From Rhizaria sp. SCN 62-66 (taxonomy: Eukaryota), in the NCBI GenBank assembly GCA_001724265.1, contig MEDY01000094.1:1-64000 (forward strand): a DNA stretch of 64,000 nt, in the 5' to 3' direction. Below are positions 22,701-37,700 of this stretch, one piece after another (the stretch's first letter is position 1; each line of letters begins with the position of its first letter). The notes below the pieces were generated by a model. The model was not told the origin of the DNA. It saw only the letters and a list, made by a program, of their open reading frames with translations, and made no database searches. Both the position numbers and the translations under genes were made by a program.

Positions 22701-25700
22701 CAGTCGAGTCGGACGCCTTGGCCTTCATCTTGGCCTCCTTGAACGCGCGCTCGATGTCCTCCTTCGTGACACCCATCACCGGCGGCGCCGTGTACGGCAC
22801 GGGCGCCGGCGTGAGCTCGGACGCGAGCCCGACGCGCGAGAGCGCCTTGGCGTTGCGCGGGGACAGCGACGAGTCCTCGACCGCGAAGTGCCATGTGGGG
22901 CCCGGCAGCAGAGTACGCGAGTCGCGCATCAGCGCGTCGAAGACCAGCGTCTCCTGCACAAGCTCGCCAGCCTTGGCCTTCTTGGCGGCCGCGGCGGTCG
23001 CAGCAGCAGCCTTGGCGGCAGCGGCAGCGTCCTCCTCAGGAGTGGTTGCGAGCGCGACGGTGTGGAGCGGGATGAGCACCTCGCCGCACGAGACGAACGC
23101 CGTCTCGGTGCTGAAAGGCAGGTGCGCGACCGAGGCCGTGCCCGTGGTCAGGCCGACGCCCGCGATCGTGGCCGCGGTCGCCATGGCGCGCTGCTCGCCC
23201 GACGGCGTCTCGGGCTCGCCCGTCGTGCCGCTGGGGGACGCCGCGGAGGCGTCCGCAGCAGTCGCCGCAGCAGTGGCCTTAGCGGCGGCCGAGTTGGGCA
23301 GCTCGCGCACCGTCTCGGTGAGGATGTGCAGCGACAGCACAGCGGCCGAGGATGGGACCTCCTCGTTGGCCATGGCGCGCAGCGCGGGCTGCACCAAGGA
23401 CAGCGGGACGGTGAAGGTGAGCTCGATGCTCTCGCCCTCGGGGACCAGCTCGACGCCACGCGTGCCGGGGGGCAGCACGGCCGTCTTCTCTTTGTTCTTG
23501 TCCTCGGCCTTCTTGGCCGCGTCGGCAGCAGCCGCGGAGCCCGCAGTGGGAGACGCGGGGGCAGCAGAAGCGGGAGTGAGACTGGAGCTGTTGGCAACCG
23601 CGCCCTCAGCGGAGGCGCCGTCAGCAGCGACAGGGCTGCTGGGGTTGTGCGTGCTCGTGCTGGGGTTATTGGGGTCCTCGTCGTCGAGCTCATCGATCAA
23701 GTTGCGCTTGATGACGATGGAGCCGGGCATCACGCCAGTGCACGGCACGAGCGTGAGCGGCAGCTGCGAGCCGACGCCGCCCAGGTTGGGGTGCAGTGAC
23801 GCGATGCGCATCAGGGCGCCCATTCTCGACGTTGCGCCACTGCCGGAGACAGCAGCGTCAGCAGCGATCTTGTTGATGTCGCGGCGGCCCCTAGCGTCCT
23901 CGAGCGCGGCCACACCGCTGTTGGTGAGCTGGATCTCGAAGAGGTCGATGAGCTGCGTGTGGCCGTTGCACTGCACGAGACCGCGGACCTTGACGGGGCG
24001 CCACGCCTTGGACAGCGTCTTGCCGGCGTCGCGCAGGCAGCCGAGGATGTGCTCCTGGCTCACCTGCACGGACTGGAGGCGCACCGTCAGTACGTACTCC
24101 TGACGCAGCTTGGCGGCGTCGGCGCGGCGCTTCTCCGCAGCGAGGGCGAGCGACTTGATGAGCGCATCAAGGTGCTGCTGCGCCTTCTTGACAGCGCCGG
24201 AAGAGAGCTTAGGAGCCGGGGCGGCAGCCGTGCTCGCGTTGTTGGCGGTGCCGCGGCGAGGCTGCATCGAGCCGGAGTTCGAAGGAACAAGCGCACCACT
24301 GCTGTTGTTGTTGCTCGCAGCGGCAGCGTTGCTGCTGCGAGGCGCAGGCGCGTCGGGCTCGTCAGCCGCAGAAGACGACGAGCAGCAGCTGAAGAAACCG
24401 CCCTTCTTCTTGGGCTTCTCAGCCGCCTTTGCGTTGGCACTTGCGTTCGCAGCATTGCTGCTGCCGCGCGCGCTCGCGAGGGAAGACGACGAAGCAGCGT
24501 TCTCGTCAGCCTCAAACACGACACTGAGGCCAGCGCTCGAAGGCGCCACAGTGCCAAGGGACGAGCTGGTGTTGTTGCCAACAGAGCTGCTGCCCATACC
24601 GGCAATAGCGGCGTTAACGGTCGCCTCATCCGCAAGGATCTGCAGCGTGTTGAGGTCGATCTTGCCCACGTCGAGGTCGCGCAGCTGGCTGGCGAACTTC
24701 TCGGTGAGCTGAGCGAGCAGCGACACCTGGTGCGCGAGGTCGGCCTGGAGCTCGTGCAGGATCAGCGCCTGGCGCGTGAGCTCGTTGGGCGCGAAACCGA
24801 TGGCAATGTTGAGCTGGCCGTGGAGACGCTTGTTCTGGCGCACAGCGTGCAGCTGCAGCCAGCGCGTCATGAACTTGACGGGGCACATGTCCCACGGGTC
24901 GTCGCTCGTCTCGGAGACCTCGTCGAACACGTCGGCAATGTGAGCAGCCGGCAACGGGGTGGGCTTCTCGGTCTTCTTAGCGGGAGCGGCAATAGTGACA
25001 GACTTGCCCTTACCCTTGCCCTTCTTCTCGTGCTTGTGGTCATTGCCGTCCTTGCCCTCCTCGTGGTCCTCGTCAGCATCGAGGTCGTCCTCGTCGCCCT
25101 CGGGCACCGCACCAAGGCCAAAGGCAACGGCACCGGACTTCTTGCCGGAGTCGCTGCCACCGCGGGCACCGAGCAGGCCAGTGACGCCGGCCGTGATCTT
25201 GGAGCTGGCAGCGCTCTGCACGCCCGCGGCAGAGTACATCGCGGCAACACGTGCGGCGTCGTATGCGGCCTGGCCGCGGGCAATGCACGAGAGGTTGCCG
25301 ACAATGACGCCACCGAGGAACGTGTCGGAAGTGACCTTGTTCTTATGGAAGACGGCAATCTTGAGGGCAGCCTTGTTCAGGGTCGAGAACGCCTTCTCCG
25401 AGAGAGCGAGAGAAACTTCGCCATCGGCCTCAGCCTCCTCAGCAGCAGCCTCGGCCTCAGCCGCGGAGCGACGAATAGCAGCCAGAAGGTCGCCGTCAAG
25501 CTTGAAGAAGAGCTCGTTGTTCCAGTACGGGTTGAGTGTATGCGCCGCAATGTCAGTCTTGTACGACTGGTTGTGCAGCGTGAGCACGGCGTAGCAGTCG
25601 GAGAGACCGTCCATACCGCCCGCAGTCAGCCAGCGCGCCTCGACGACGCGCACGCAGAGGTACGCCACGTCGGACACGCACAGAGGCTGCAGGTGCGTCG

Positions 25701-28700
25701 CCACGCGCGCGGGCGTGGCACTGACACCGCTGTCCACGTTGTTCGCGTTGTTGCTGTTGAGCTGCTGCAGCGCGGCGAGCTGTGCGACAAGCGCCTTCTG
25801 TGCCTCGACGCGGGCGTGGTCCTCCTTGAGGGCGGCCACAGCCTGCGCGCGGAGACGCACCATGACGACCGTGTCGGCGGCCGAGAGACCGTCAAGCGCG
25901 TCGACACCGGCGTCCCAGATGAGCGCGTCGATGTCGGCCTCCTTGCGGGCGGCCGCAGCGTCGTCGTCCTCGTCGTGGAACTCGGTGTCGACGTCGTCGG
26001 TGCGGCCGGCCCAGAGATCGATGCCGTCGTACAGCTCAGCCAGATTCGCGCCAGTCAACGGGTCGATGGCGGCCGCGAGACGCGCGCGCTTGGCCTGCGC
26101 GGAGTACGGGTGCAGCGCGGCCTCGTCGTCGGCGAGCGCCAAGCCCTCGCCGCTTCTACCGGACTGAGAGCGCGCCTGCTGGCGCGCCTCGGCGATGTTG
26201 AGCGAGTCAGAGCCGCGGAGGCCGATGGAGTACTTGTCGGCGGCGGCCAGGACGCCAGCGCGCGCCGCAGGGGTGCGGAGCAGCTGGTGGGTCACGAGGT
26301 CGACGCTGGTCTCGGGCAGAGGGAAGTCGGAGAGCACGAGCACGCGCGTGGGGCCCTCGGCGACGACTGATACGAACACGTCGTGTGTGGCGCGCTGCGA
26401 CGTGGCAGAGAGGATAGGGTTCATGCCGCCGGTCTGCGTGGTCACAACGGCCGACTGCATGACCAGCGAGGACACCGTGGACCGCTGAGCGCCGACGCTG
26501 CTGCCATTGCTGGTGCCGACAGCGCTCATCGACGTCGCAGTGGCCGCGGAGGTCATCTCGACCAGCGCGTTGGCCTCGACGGAGCCCGGCACAGTGACGC
26601 GGCCGAGCGAGCGGGCCTCCTCGAGAGAGAACTTCTTGTTGATAGTCTGCAGACCGGAGAGGATCGACACTTCGAGCTCCTTCTCGCCGAGCGGCTGATC
26701 CCAGGTGTAGACCGCAGTCTCGTAGGGCGCGAGCGTGGTCCAGTCCTGCGAGCCGCTCTGCGTGAAGCGGAACGTGTCGCAGGAAGTCCTGTTCTCGATG
26801 CGGTAGCGGGGGAACACTAGCGACTGGGGCTCAAGCACGATCGTCACACTGTTGCCCGTCGCGCCACGCACGTCGGGGCCGGACATGAGGATGCGCACGT
26901 TGGCCATGAACGACTGGTGCGTGGCCGTGTTGCGCAGGGTGAGTGTGGACTCACCAACCTTGTCCAGGTCGATAAAGCCGGACCAACCCCACTCGCCCTC
27001 CTCCCACGGCTTGGCCGCACTGACTGCGTCGGCCTTGCCCTTGCCCTTGCGGCTCTTCTTGCCCTTGCCCTTGCCCTTGCCGGCAGCCGCGGACTTGCGC
27101 GCAGCCTCCTTGGCCGCCGCGGTCACTTCGGCCTTGTCGACCGCGCGGCGCGCAGACATGACGCCAGAGCCATCGCGCTCGGGGATGTAGTGCGGCAGCG
27201 CAGTGCGCAACTCAGTAGCGTCAACAGTGTCGACGTCCGCGTCAACGGTCTCCTCGTCGACCTCATCCTCGTCGGCACCACCCTCGTCGTCATCGTCGTC
27301 GTCCGAGTCGAAGCGGACGCCGGCGCGGGACTTCTTGGCAGCGCGCGCGGCAGAGGCGGCCTCGATCGCGGTGCGCTTGATGCGCGCGAGCTCAGCCTGC
27401 TCGCGCGCAGTCACGGCCTCGTCGATGGCCTCGGCGGCGCTGTCCTCGGGCGTCAGCATGCGGAAGGCCACGAGGCGCTTCTGCTTGCTGTACGGGTAGT
27501 GCCAGGCGTCGACCTCGCCGTGGCGCAGGTAGAGCTCAGTCGAGTCGGTGGTAGAAGAGCAGGCAGCGACATGGTATGCGATGTCCTGAGTGATGAGGGC
27601 GCGGGCCTCCTTGCGGGCCTCAAGCGCGGCGGCCTTACCCTCGGCAGAAGCGTCGCCCTCGCCGCGCGCGACAAGCCAGCCGTTGCCGTTCTCGGCGTTC
27701 TTCTCCTCCTCGTCCGCCTGTGCAGACGCGCGCAGAGCAGCGGCCTCGGCGACCTGCATCTTGAGCGCAGACTGGTCCTCGACGTGGTGCTGGCGCAGCA
27801 GCACCGGCAGCGGCAGACGGTTCACAATCACGAAGCGCGGCGCGAAGTAGATGAACTTTGTGCGGCGGAACGCGCCCGTGCCGTTGCGGATGAGCGCGGA
27901 GACCTGGTACGTCGTCTGGTCCTGCACGCGCGGTGCGGCGGGGTAGGTGTGCTGCGTCATCGAAGTGAGTGTGAGCAGAGTCATGGCGCCAACAGCGTCG
28001 AGACTCATCTTGTCGGACCACTCGGTGGCGAACGAAGTCACCTTGCCCTGCGCCTGCGCGTCCGCGCGGCGCTGGTCGAGCGGCTTGGCGAGACGGCAGT
28101 AGACCTGCGTAGACGTGCCCTCGACGAGCTTCGCGGGCGAGAACATGACGGCACGCGCCCAGCAGCGGTCCTCCACAACCTCGGCCGCGGTCTCCGCACC
28201 GCCCGCGGCAGCGAGCTGGAAGACGTTAGCGGCCGCAGTCGCCGGGTCGACCACGGTCGTAGACTCGGCGCCGTCTTGCTTGCCCTGCTCGGTGAGCGCG
28301 GTGCGGAGACGGCGCAGAACGCGCTCCTGCGGGTCCACGCCGGCGTCGACAAGCTGCGCCTGCGTGAGGCAGAGGCGCTCAGCGGTGTCCTCGCGGGTCT
28401 CGCTGACGATGACGCCGAGGTTCGACGAGTCGAAGATCCAGTAGGGCGCGTAGAGCACGACCTTAACGGCCGCGTACGTGGCCGCGGTGACGACGCCGTG
28501 ACCGGCCGCGACGGCAGCAGAAATGTCGCAGGAGGAGATAAGACCGGAGTTGTCTGCCATCGCCGCAGACGGCGACGCCTGCTGCTCGGAGGTGTAGATG
28601 TTGGGCACGTGCGCGCGGGCAGCGCCGCGCTTCGCGGTCAGGAAGGGCGCGTACGACACTTCGGCGTAGACGAGCATGGCGCGGCCAGCGCGGTCGCGGC

Positions 28701-31700
28701 AGCGCAGCGTGAGCGTCTTGGAACCCTTCTTGTCGATCACCAGGGGCTCAGACCAGCTGACGCCGATGCCGGGGATCTTGACGGAGAGCGCGAAGACAGG
28801 CGCGTCCTCCTTGCTGAAGGGCACAGCGTTGCCGTCCTTGTCCGTTGTCGTCTCTGCGGGCGACGTGAGCAGGGGCGCGGCGAGATACGAGCGCATGGCG
28901 TGCGTGGGCGCGATCAGCGCAGACGTGGACGCCAGAGACACGCCGGTGAGCTTGCTGTCGGCGACGGAGTAATCAGACATGCCACTGCGGGCAGGAGCAC
29001 TGGAAGCGGGGCTGGCAGCGGCACCAGTGGTAGTGCCAGCGGCGCGCGCCTGCTTCTGCGCCTCCACAGCCTGCGCAGCGAGCTTGTTAGCGGTCTTGCC
29101 GGGCAGCGCGGTGACTTGGACGACCGCGGCCTCAGAGAGCATGTTGGTGACGGCGATAGGGGCCGTGAGCGCCCAGTAGATGCAGCCCTGACGCGCCCAA
29201 GACTGGACGACGGCAGTGAACGGCGCGTCGCCGGCAACGGTGGGCGCGCACTGGATCGTCTTGCCGGTCACCAGCGCGGAGAAAGGCACGACGGGCGACG
29301 GCGAGTGCGTCGCAGACGCCAGCGTCGGTTCGGCCTTGCTGGCGGGCTGCACGGAGAAGCCCTGGACGCGGTACGTCATGGGCAGGAAGTGGTGCTGGCC
29401 GGGCATGAGCGTCGCGCCGTCGAAGATCAGCGGCGTGTCAGTGAGGTTGACGACCGCGGTCGTGGTGTGGAGCGACACGCACTTGACGCCATTGATGATG
29501 CTGACATCAAGGACGATGGAGCGCACCAGAGTGGCGGGGTCGAACGGCGTCTCGCCGACGTGGCGCGCACTCGCAGAGCGAATCATCAGCGGGCCGGGTA
29601 GCAGCTGGTACATGCGCGAGCCAACGGAGTCGACGGCGACGTTGGTGAGCGGGAGGTAGCCATCAACCTGGAGGTTAATAAGGCGCTTGAAGGGGCGGTA
29701 AGCAGCCTCACGACGGCTTACGCGCTCGGCCTCTTCCATCTCAGCGAGACGCTGCGCGCGCGTCTTGTGAACAATGCCCATCTCCTCGGCAGCGGCAGCG
29801 GCGGCCTCGTCGTCCTCGATGTCGGCGAAGGCGCGCATGTTGTCGCCGATCGTGCCGGTCATCTTAGACAGGATGTCGTCGTCGAAGAAGAGCGGGCACG
29901 CGGAGTAGCGCTCGAGCGTCTTGGTGTAGTTCTGCACCTCGCGCTCCTTGCGCAGGCGCTCGCTGGCGACGTAGCGCCACACGAGCCAACGGAACAGGAG
30001 CTTGTTCTCGGCGCGGCGGTCGACCTTGCCGTCGTCCTCCGCCGCCTTTGCAGCCTCAGCCTTGGCGGCAGCCTGGGCCTCCTTCGACGCCGCGGGCGCG
30101 AGCTCGGCAGCAGCGACGTGGACGAACTCGCTGGCCTCCTGCGTGCACGGCAGGTAGCCGCCGTCGTGGCGCAGCATCTCTTCCTCGGTCAGGATGTGCG
30201 CCAGCTCCTTGAGCGCGCGCGGCATGTGGGCGACGCGGTTGAAGCGGGCGGACGCGCGCAGCTTGTGGCGCAGCGAAAGCGAGGAAGAACGGTCGGTGAT
30301 GCCTCTCGCGTTCGACATCGAAGTGGCAGCGGCGGCGCCGGCATCGGAAGGCAGGATGCCGAAGCAATACTTGACGGGGAGCTCGGTGCCGTTGTTGAGG
30401 CGGAAGAACGAGAAACCGCCCGACGCAGCAGAGGAAGAGCTGGCAGTGCTGGACATAACGTCGAGAACAGACTGGTCGTTGATGATCGAGCCGTTGGTGG
30501 AGCCGCGGGACGTTGACGAAACGCTGCTGCGGAGCTGACGCTGGCGGGCACGGATGCGCTTCATCTGGGCCTTCTGGGCCGCAGACAGCAGCTCGAGAGA
30601 CTGCGCGAGGCCGTCCATCATGGCACGCGTGATGTTGAAGTTCATCTTGCCAACGCTGCGGACGGAGACGCGCATCGGGAGCGTGACGCACTCAGCGAGC
30701 TCAATCTCGAACGTGGTGGGCTCCATGAGGGGCTCCCACTGCACGAGCGAACCGTTGTGGAAGTCGCCAAAGACGCGCGACTTGACCGTGATGACGCGCT
30801 TGTGGCCGAAGGCCTCGAGGCCCACACACACGTCCGACACGCCGAAACGCGCGAAGGGCAGCGGGAAGCCGGGGGCGTCGTTGACAAGCAGCAGCGAGAC
30901 GTTGTTGAGCACGACCTTTACGGACATATCGCCATAGGTGTACTTCATCAGGCCGGTGTCGGCCGGGGCAGGCGCGGGGGCGGGCGCCGGGGCGGCAGGC
31001 TCAGCGGCAGGAGCGGCGTCCGCAGCGGCGGCAGCGCCGTTCTCGGGCGCCGGAGCGTTGTCGGTAACGGCCGTGGGCGCCGCGGGAGGCATAGAAAGCG
31101 TGCCGATGACCGCGAACACGAGCTCGTAATCGTTGTAGGACAGCTTGACGTCGATGTCGGTGAGACCGACAAAGGCGGACAGACGCTGCTTCGCGGGTAC
31201 AGCGACAGCGTGGTCGCTCGAGCGGACGCCGCCGTAGTCACCAGTCGCACCGACAACAGCAGGCGAGGGGCGGATGATGGCGGCGGGCACGGGAGACGCG
31301 GTCTGCGCCATCTCGACGACGACGGAGAACGGCTTGATAATGGCCGCGGTGACGGGCAGCGCGGCGATCTCGCTGCGCAGCTTCTCGGGGTTGGCCGACG
31401 AAAGAACGGCGTTAACCATGCAGATGTCCGACACTTCAGCGAGCACACGCAGCGCGCCGTCGCTCTTCATGTTCGCGTTGGTGTAGAGACCAAGCGTGAG
31501 CGCGATCGACGCCGACGAAGCCTTGGACGGGTCCGTCACGAGCTGCAGCGCGAGCTGGGTGAGCTCAAACTGCACCGCGAAGCTGATAGGCTTGCTCGCG
31601 GCCACAGGACCAGTCATCTCGGCGGCCTTGTTGAGCCCCCAGGCGTCGTCGTTGACGCTGCCACGGCGGGAGCCGAGGCGGGAGCCGATGGCGGAAGCGA

Positions 31701-34700
31701 TGCGCGAGCCGAGCGCGGAGCCCTTCTTGGAGCCTGCAACGGAGCCGCCGTTGTGGAGCTTCGAGTTCAGGCGCGTGCGGGTGACAGAGTTCGTCACCGC
31801 GGGGCCGGAGGAGCGAGCGAGCATGAGCGCAGCGACGTCGGCGTCAGTGGCGCGACGATTATTGCTTACAGCCGGCGCAGCGGCGGGGGCACCAGGCGCG
31901 GAGTCGTTGGCCTTGGCGCCGGCGCGGGCGTGCAGGGTGGGGCGGCCCATGACAAGCGAGGCGCGGAAGCCGCTCTTGGAGGCCTGGGCGGCGGCGGCAG
32001 CGGCCTTGCTGTAGCGGATCACGCGCGCCCACTCGCGGGGCGACGACGCGGTCGGGGGCGCGTACTTGGGGAAGGTCAGGTCGGTGCGCTCGTTGAGAAG
32101 ACCCTTGAAGCGGCCGTCGTCGGCCATCAGTGACAGCGCCAGCGACATGTGGGGCTGCGAGAGGATGACGTTGAGGTCGGGCAGACCAGCCTGGACGGCC
32201 CAGTCGGGCAGGTCCAGCGGCGGCTGGTGCGTGTGCTGGGTGATGTACAGACCGGTGCGGGCGGCCATCAGCGCGCTGAGCGGAACCTTGGCCGCGCGCG
32301 CCTCCTCCTCGACGCGCGCGCGCGCGAGGACCGAGTCAGCGATGGAGAGCATCGGCGCGTACACGTGCTGCGTGGCCGAGAGGAGCACAGCCGAGAGCTG
32401 CAGGAGGTCGATCTTGCGCAGGAAGGTGCTGGGTGAGACGCGGGGCGCGGCGGACTGCTCGCGGCCGCCGTGCTGGTCGAGGTAGCAGACGGAGGCGAGT
32501 GAGAGGCCAGAGATGTGCACGTTGTACTGCACCTGCAGCGAGCAGTAGTCAATCGTGGCGCCCACCACCGACGCCGGGGTCTCGCGCTTCGCCGGCGCAG
32601 CGCCAGAGGCCGTGGAGGGCGTGTTGATGAGGGTGCGCGAAGGCGTGGTGGCGATGACGCGGTTTGCGAGGTCGGGCTGCGCAGAGGTCGGCAGGGAGTG
32701 GAAGTAGTCCTCCTGGTTCACGAAGAGCGCGCCAGAGACCGAGAACGCGCCCTCCTCCATCTCGAGGAACTCGTCGCTGTCGCTGTCGTCCTGAGTCGAC
32801 AGTGCGCGCGCGCCCAGCGTGGGCGTGGCGCCGCCGAGGCCGGCACGCGACGAGAGCTGGCGAATCAGCGCCGACGGGCGGCGGCCGAGCGCGACCGACG
32901 GGCGCGAGTTCAGAGACGGCGACGCGCCGGCGGGGGCGGCGCCGTCGAACGAGGTGCCAGCGTTAAAGGACGCGCCGGTGCGAGTCGACGGCAGCGCGCG
33001 CGCAGCGGAGACGGGCGTGGCGGAGCCAGAGAAGGCGTTGGCCGCACCGGGAGCGCTGGCGGCCTGCTTGGCAACAGCACTGGCGCGCGCAAGCTTGACC
33101 TTGTTGTTGATGTGGATGCCGTCGAGGCGCAGCACGAGGAGCTCGGGGGACGTGGACGAGGCGGGAATCACGACCGCGATATCCTCCAGGTCCACAGAGA
33201 GCGAGATGAGCATCAGAGGCTTCGACTCGGCCGCAGAAAGAGCCGTCGTGGAGGGCTTCGCAGCAACGGGGCCGGTGGGCGCGTTGCTGGGCAGCGCAAG
33301 GCCACGAGCGGGCGCCGAGGGCGTTGCGAAGGCGTCGCGGTTGGTCGTCTTGGACATCGCGCCGCCGAGCAGAGCCGCGCCGGCGGAGGAGCGGCGCACA
33401 GAGTTGGCGCCGGCGCCGGGGGTGCCGTTAGCCGAGTGCACGGCGGAGCCCTTCTTGGAGCCCGCGACGGAGCCGGCCTTGCTGTTCTTGGAGTGGAGCT
33501 TGGACGAGTTGGCGACGGCCGCGGCGGCGATGTCCGCGGGCGTCTGCACGCCAGCGGGCGCGGCGGGAACGGCGGTGACGGCAGCGATGACCTTGTCGAT
33601 ATCCTTGGCCCACGCGAGGGCGGAGTCGACGAACTTGTAGCACGCCACGACGCGGAGGCCGGAGAACTTGGCACGGACCACCATCGAGTGCGCGAAACGC
33701 GGCGCGCGGCCCTGGGTGAGCACGGCAAGCGCGGGCACGTTGTAGTCGTTCTCGAAGCCAGACGGCGCGGGCTCGGGCAGCGGCGAGGGGTCGAACGAGA
33801 AGGCGTCGCCACTCTTGCCGTCCGAAGCGGGGGAGCCAGTGCCGGCCGCGCGCGGAGTCGCAACCTCGCGGATCGCGGCGAGGCCGTGGCCGCGGGGCGG
33901 CACGATGGCCAGCGCGGCGGAGGAGGCAGGCGCGCTGGAGGCGAAGAAGAGCCCGCGCGCGGTGGCAACGTCGCGAGCAGCCTCGTCGATGCCGCCAGCG
34001 CGCATCACGGCAATGGCGTGCGCGAAAGAGAAGTACTCCTCCTCGTCCAGGTCGTCCAGCACGACGGGCTCGGGGGTGCGCATGTAGAACGAGACGTCGA
34101 TCAGCGCCGTGCCAGCCTTGGAGTTGCCAGCAACGTTGTCCTCGTCGTCCTCGTCCTCGTCACCGAAGCCCGTGTCGAGCGCCTTGGCAGCGGTGGTCGA
34201 CGTGTACACAATCTCGGGATACTCGACCTTGGCCGTCGCACGGTTCAGGTAGGCGCGCTGCACGCGCGCGCTCGCGTTCTTGGGCGCGGAGGACTGCGCC
34301 TTAAACCAGTGGTGCACGTACGCGTGCAGCTCACCGGCCGCGCCCGCGAGGGCGTCCTTGCCGCTGGCGCTGGGGTTGATCGAGGCCTGGCGCAACGCCG
34401 AGGGCGCGGCACCGGCGGTAGCGCCAGCAGTGGCGGCAGTGGCCGCAGCGATGGTCTCGGGTGAGAGCGAAGGCGCGCGGAGAGCAAGGTCAACGTAGTC
34501 GCGCGTGGCCTTGACGTCCTTCTTGACGGCCAGGTTGGACACGGTGAAAGCGCCGAGCTGAGCGCGCACAGCCATGCCGGAGTCCGCCTGCGCGAAACCG
34601 GTGGTGAAGTCGGTCACGGCGAGGCCGAGCACGCCAGTGCCGCGGCTGTTTAGCGTGACGGTAACGCCAGCAAATGTCGCTGCAACGAGCACAGAAAGCG

Positions 34701-37700
34701 AGAGGATCTTGAAACCAGCCTCGTCCGCCTTCTCCTCGGTGATATCGTGGGCGGAGAAGAGCGGCGCGACGGCGCGCTCGGTGCCGGTCAGCATCGCGGT
34801 CGACGGAGGCACGCTGACGGCGCCGCCGGGCTTTGCCGACACGGGGATGTCGCCAGAGCGCAGCGCGCGGTCGAGCGCGACGGCGCGGCCAGAGAGGTTC
34901 TTGGGCACAGCCAGCACACCGACACGTTGCGTCTCATCGCACACGGCCGAGGACACGCGGAACACGCGCGAGTCGTTCTTCGTCACGCGTTCGCGCGAGC
35001 GCAGGGCGAGCAGGCGCGCGCGGCGGCGCTGCAGGAGCTCCTCAAGTGCGGCGATCTGGCCCGAAAGCTCGACGCGGCGGTCGAAGCCACCGCCGGAGCG
35101 CTCGACGTTGGCCAGCTCGTCCTTAAGCGCGAGCAGGCGCGTCTGCACCTGGAGGTTGGCGCGGCGGTGCAGCAGCAGGAGCTCGACGGACGTGATGGTG
35201 TCGTTCTTGAGCTTGGCGAGCAGCTGGTCGACCTGTGCCTCACGCTCGGCGGCGCGGCGCTGGGCGCGTGCGCGCTCGGCCTCGTCCTCTGCGATCAGCG
35301 CGGCCAGCTCGGCGTCCTCGCCGGCGTACAGACGGTCGTAGAGAGTGTCGAACTCGCTGTCCTCGAGGTACGCGGACCGCGCAGCGGCAGCCTCGATGTC
35401 GACCTCGACGGAGCTAGTGTCTACGGAGGTGGCGTAGCCGGGTGAGTCGAAGCTGGGCGCAAAGCCGGCGTCGGGCTCGAGGCCCACGGACGTCGCGGTA
35501 GCAGCAGTAGCAGCAGCAGACTTCTTGCCCGCGGCCGGGGCTGGAGCATCCTTGGCCGCAGCAGCGTCCTTGGTGGCGCCAGCAGCAGCGGCGTCAGCCT
35601 CGTCGTCGAGAATGGCAGAGCCCTGAGTGGCGTCCTCGACGTTGACGATGAATTTGTTGGGCATCAGCTGCTTGATGAAAAAGAACATGAGGGCCGGCAG
35701 CGACTCACGGTTGATGGCGAGGTTCACCTTGCCGAACTGCGCGTTGACGATGGTGTTGGCGTAGGCGTAACGGGGGGACTCGCGCTGGACGAGGTCCACC
35801 TGCACGGCCATGAAGGCCGCCGTGAGCGTCGCGCCGGGCTGCGCGAGCGGCGACTGCGCGGGCGCGAAGGGCGCGAACTTGCTGTTGTACGCAGTCACCG
35901 GCACGGTCGAGGTGTGCATGAGGTACTTGGTGCTGGGGCTGAAGGCGTGCAGGCAGTCCTCGATGAACATGCCGCCGAGCGCGGTCTTGACGGACATGTC
36001 GTAGGGACGCATCTGGAAGTCGACGGCGATGTCCTTGATGGCGAGCGAGAGGACGTCGACCGGGAACTCGGGCACCAGGTCGTTTGCGATGGTGACGCAG
36101 ATAAGGCCGAGCTTAAAGTCGAGCGCGATGTTGATCGCCTCCGGGTTCACGGCGGGCGCAGCGGGCGTCTTCTCACCCGCGCTCGAGTCATCGGCGGAGT
36201 TCTTGCCGGCGACAGTGAGCGCAGTGGAGCTGCTGTTGGTGGAAGCCTCCGCGGCGGCAGCGGCGTTGGCCTCCGCAGCCTCAATGGCGTTGAGCTCGTT
36301 GTTGATGCGCGCGGTGAGCGAGGACCCGTTGGCGACGACCTTGCTCGCGGCCTCGGCCTGAGCCTTGGCGTCGGCGTCGCTCTTGAGCGTGCGCAGCAGA
36401 GCCTTGACGAGACGCAGCAGGCGCGCCACCTTGAGCGGGCTCACGGTCACCTCGATCGCAGGCAGGCTCACGGAGATGATGGTCTGGGGCAGGTTAAGCA
36501 CGACGTGGCGCTGCTGCGACGGCGCGGGAGCGACAACGACGGCCGTCTCCTTCTTGTCCTTCTTGTCCTTCTTGCTGTCCTTGCTGCTGGCCGCAGCGGC
36601 AGGGGCGCGCTGTGCGATCGCGGCGTCGGCAGTGGACTGCGCGGCGTTAATGAGGCAGACGTGGAGCCCGACGAACACCTCGAACGGACGCACGATGAAC
36701 ACCGACGCGTCGGGCGCGAAGAGGAACGACGGCGCGCCCGCGTACACGGTGAGCGCGGTGAGCGAGACGTGGAAGTTGTCATAGAAGCAACGCAGCTGAT
36801 CGCTCACGGGGAGCTGCGCCAACACGCCGGGGTCCTTAGTCGCCTTCTGCAGCAGCACCTTCTGCTCCTTGATCTCCTCCATACTGGGCGGCGCGGACTT
36901 AAACGTGAGCAGACCAAGGTCGACGACGAGCACGTGCGAGTTGATGTCGTTGGGGTCGTTGGGAATGATGATGGTGGGCGCCTCAACGCGCACATCCATG
37001 AGGTTGCGGCCACGGTTCTCGAGCGCAGCCACGGCGGCAGACTGCATGGAGCCGCGGACGTCGTTGAAGCGGGCCATCGCGCGCTCCTTGGCCTCGCCCA
37101 TGAACTTGGCCTCGGCGGGAGGCTCAAAGAACTGCGCGAGCTGCAGCAGCATGCCGGTGTTGACGATGATGTCGACGGCGGCAAGCTCGACGCCGAGCTT
37201 CATGTCGAGCCCGTCGTCGGGGTTCACGGCCTTGTCATTGAGCGACACAGTCGCGGACACCAGGGGGCGGTCCGCGCCGATGCGGCCGGCCGCAGCGGGG
37301 CGCTTGGAGCGGCGCATGAAGACCTCGTGCACCGTGCCGGGGGTCATGTGGTCCACGGCCTCGATAGCCCCCACGACGGCGGACACGGCCGTCGACGACG
37401 GGCGCAAACGCACCTCGGCGCCGATGCCCGTGATAGCGAGCGCGAGCAGCGGGGCGCGCGTGGGCGACATAAGCTTGATGGAAAGGGCGTCGAGGCGCGC
37501 GATGACTTCGATCTTGACGTACTTGGCGTTGACATTCTTCATCGCTTTCTCCTCCTCCTCGTGCTGCACCGCAGCGGGCTCGAGCACCATGCGCCGCACA
37601 AGCGCGTGGTCGGCGACCTTGGTCGGCTTCGCGGGGCCCTTGGGGCCAAACCAGCCCGAGAACAGCCCCTTAGAAGGCTTGGGGCGCCAGAAGGGCTTGT

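Noticed and set aside
32755-32790. FFAT-like acidic motif DDSDSDEFLEMEE in VPS13
   Set aside because: Only a partial match to the EFFDAxE consensus; cannot be supported without motif scoring.
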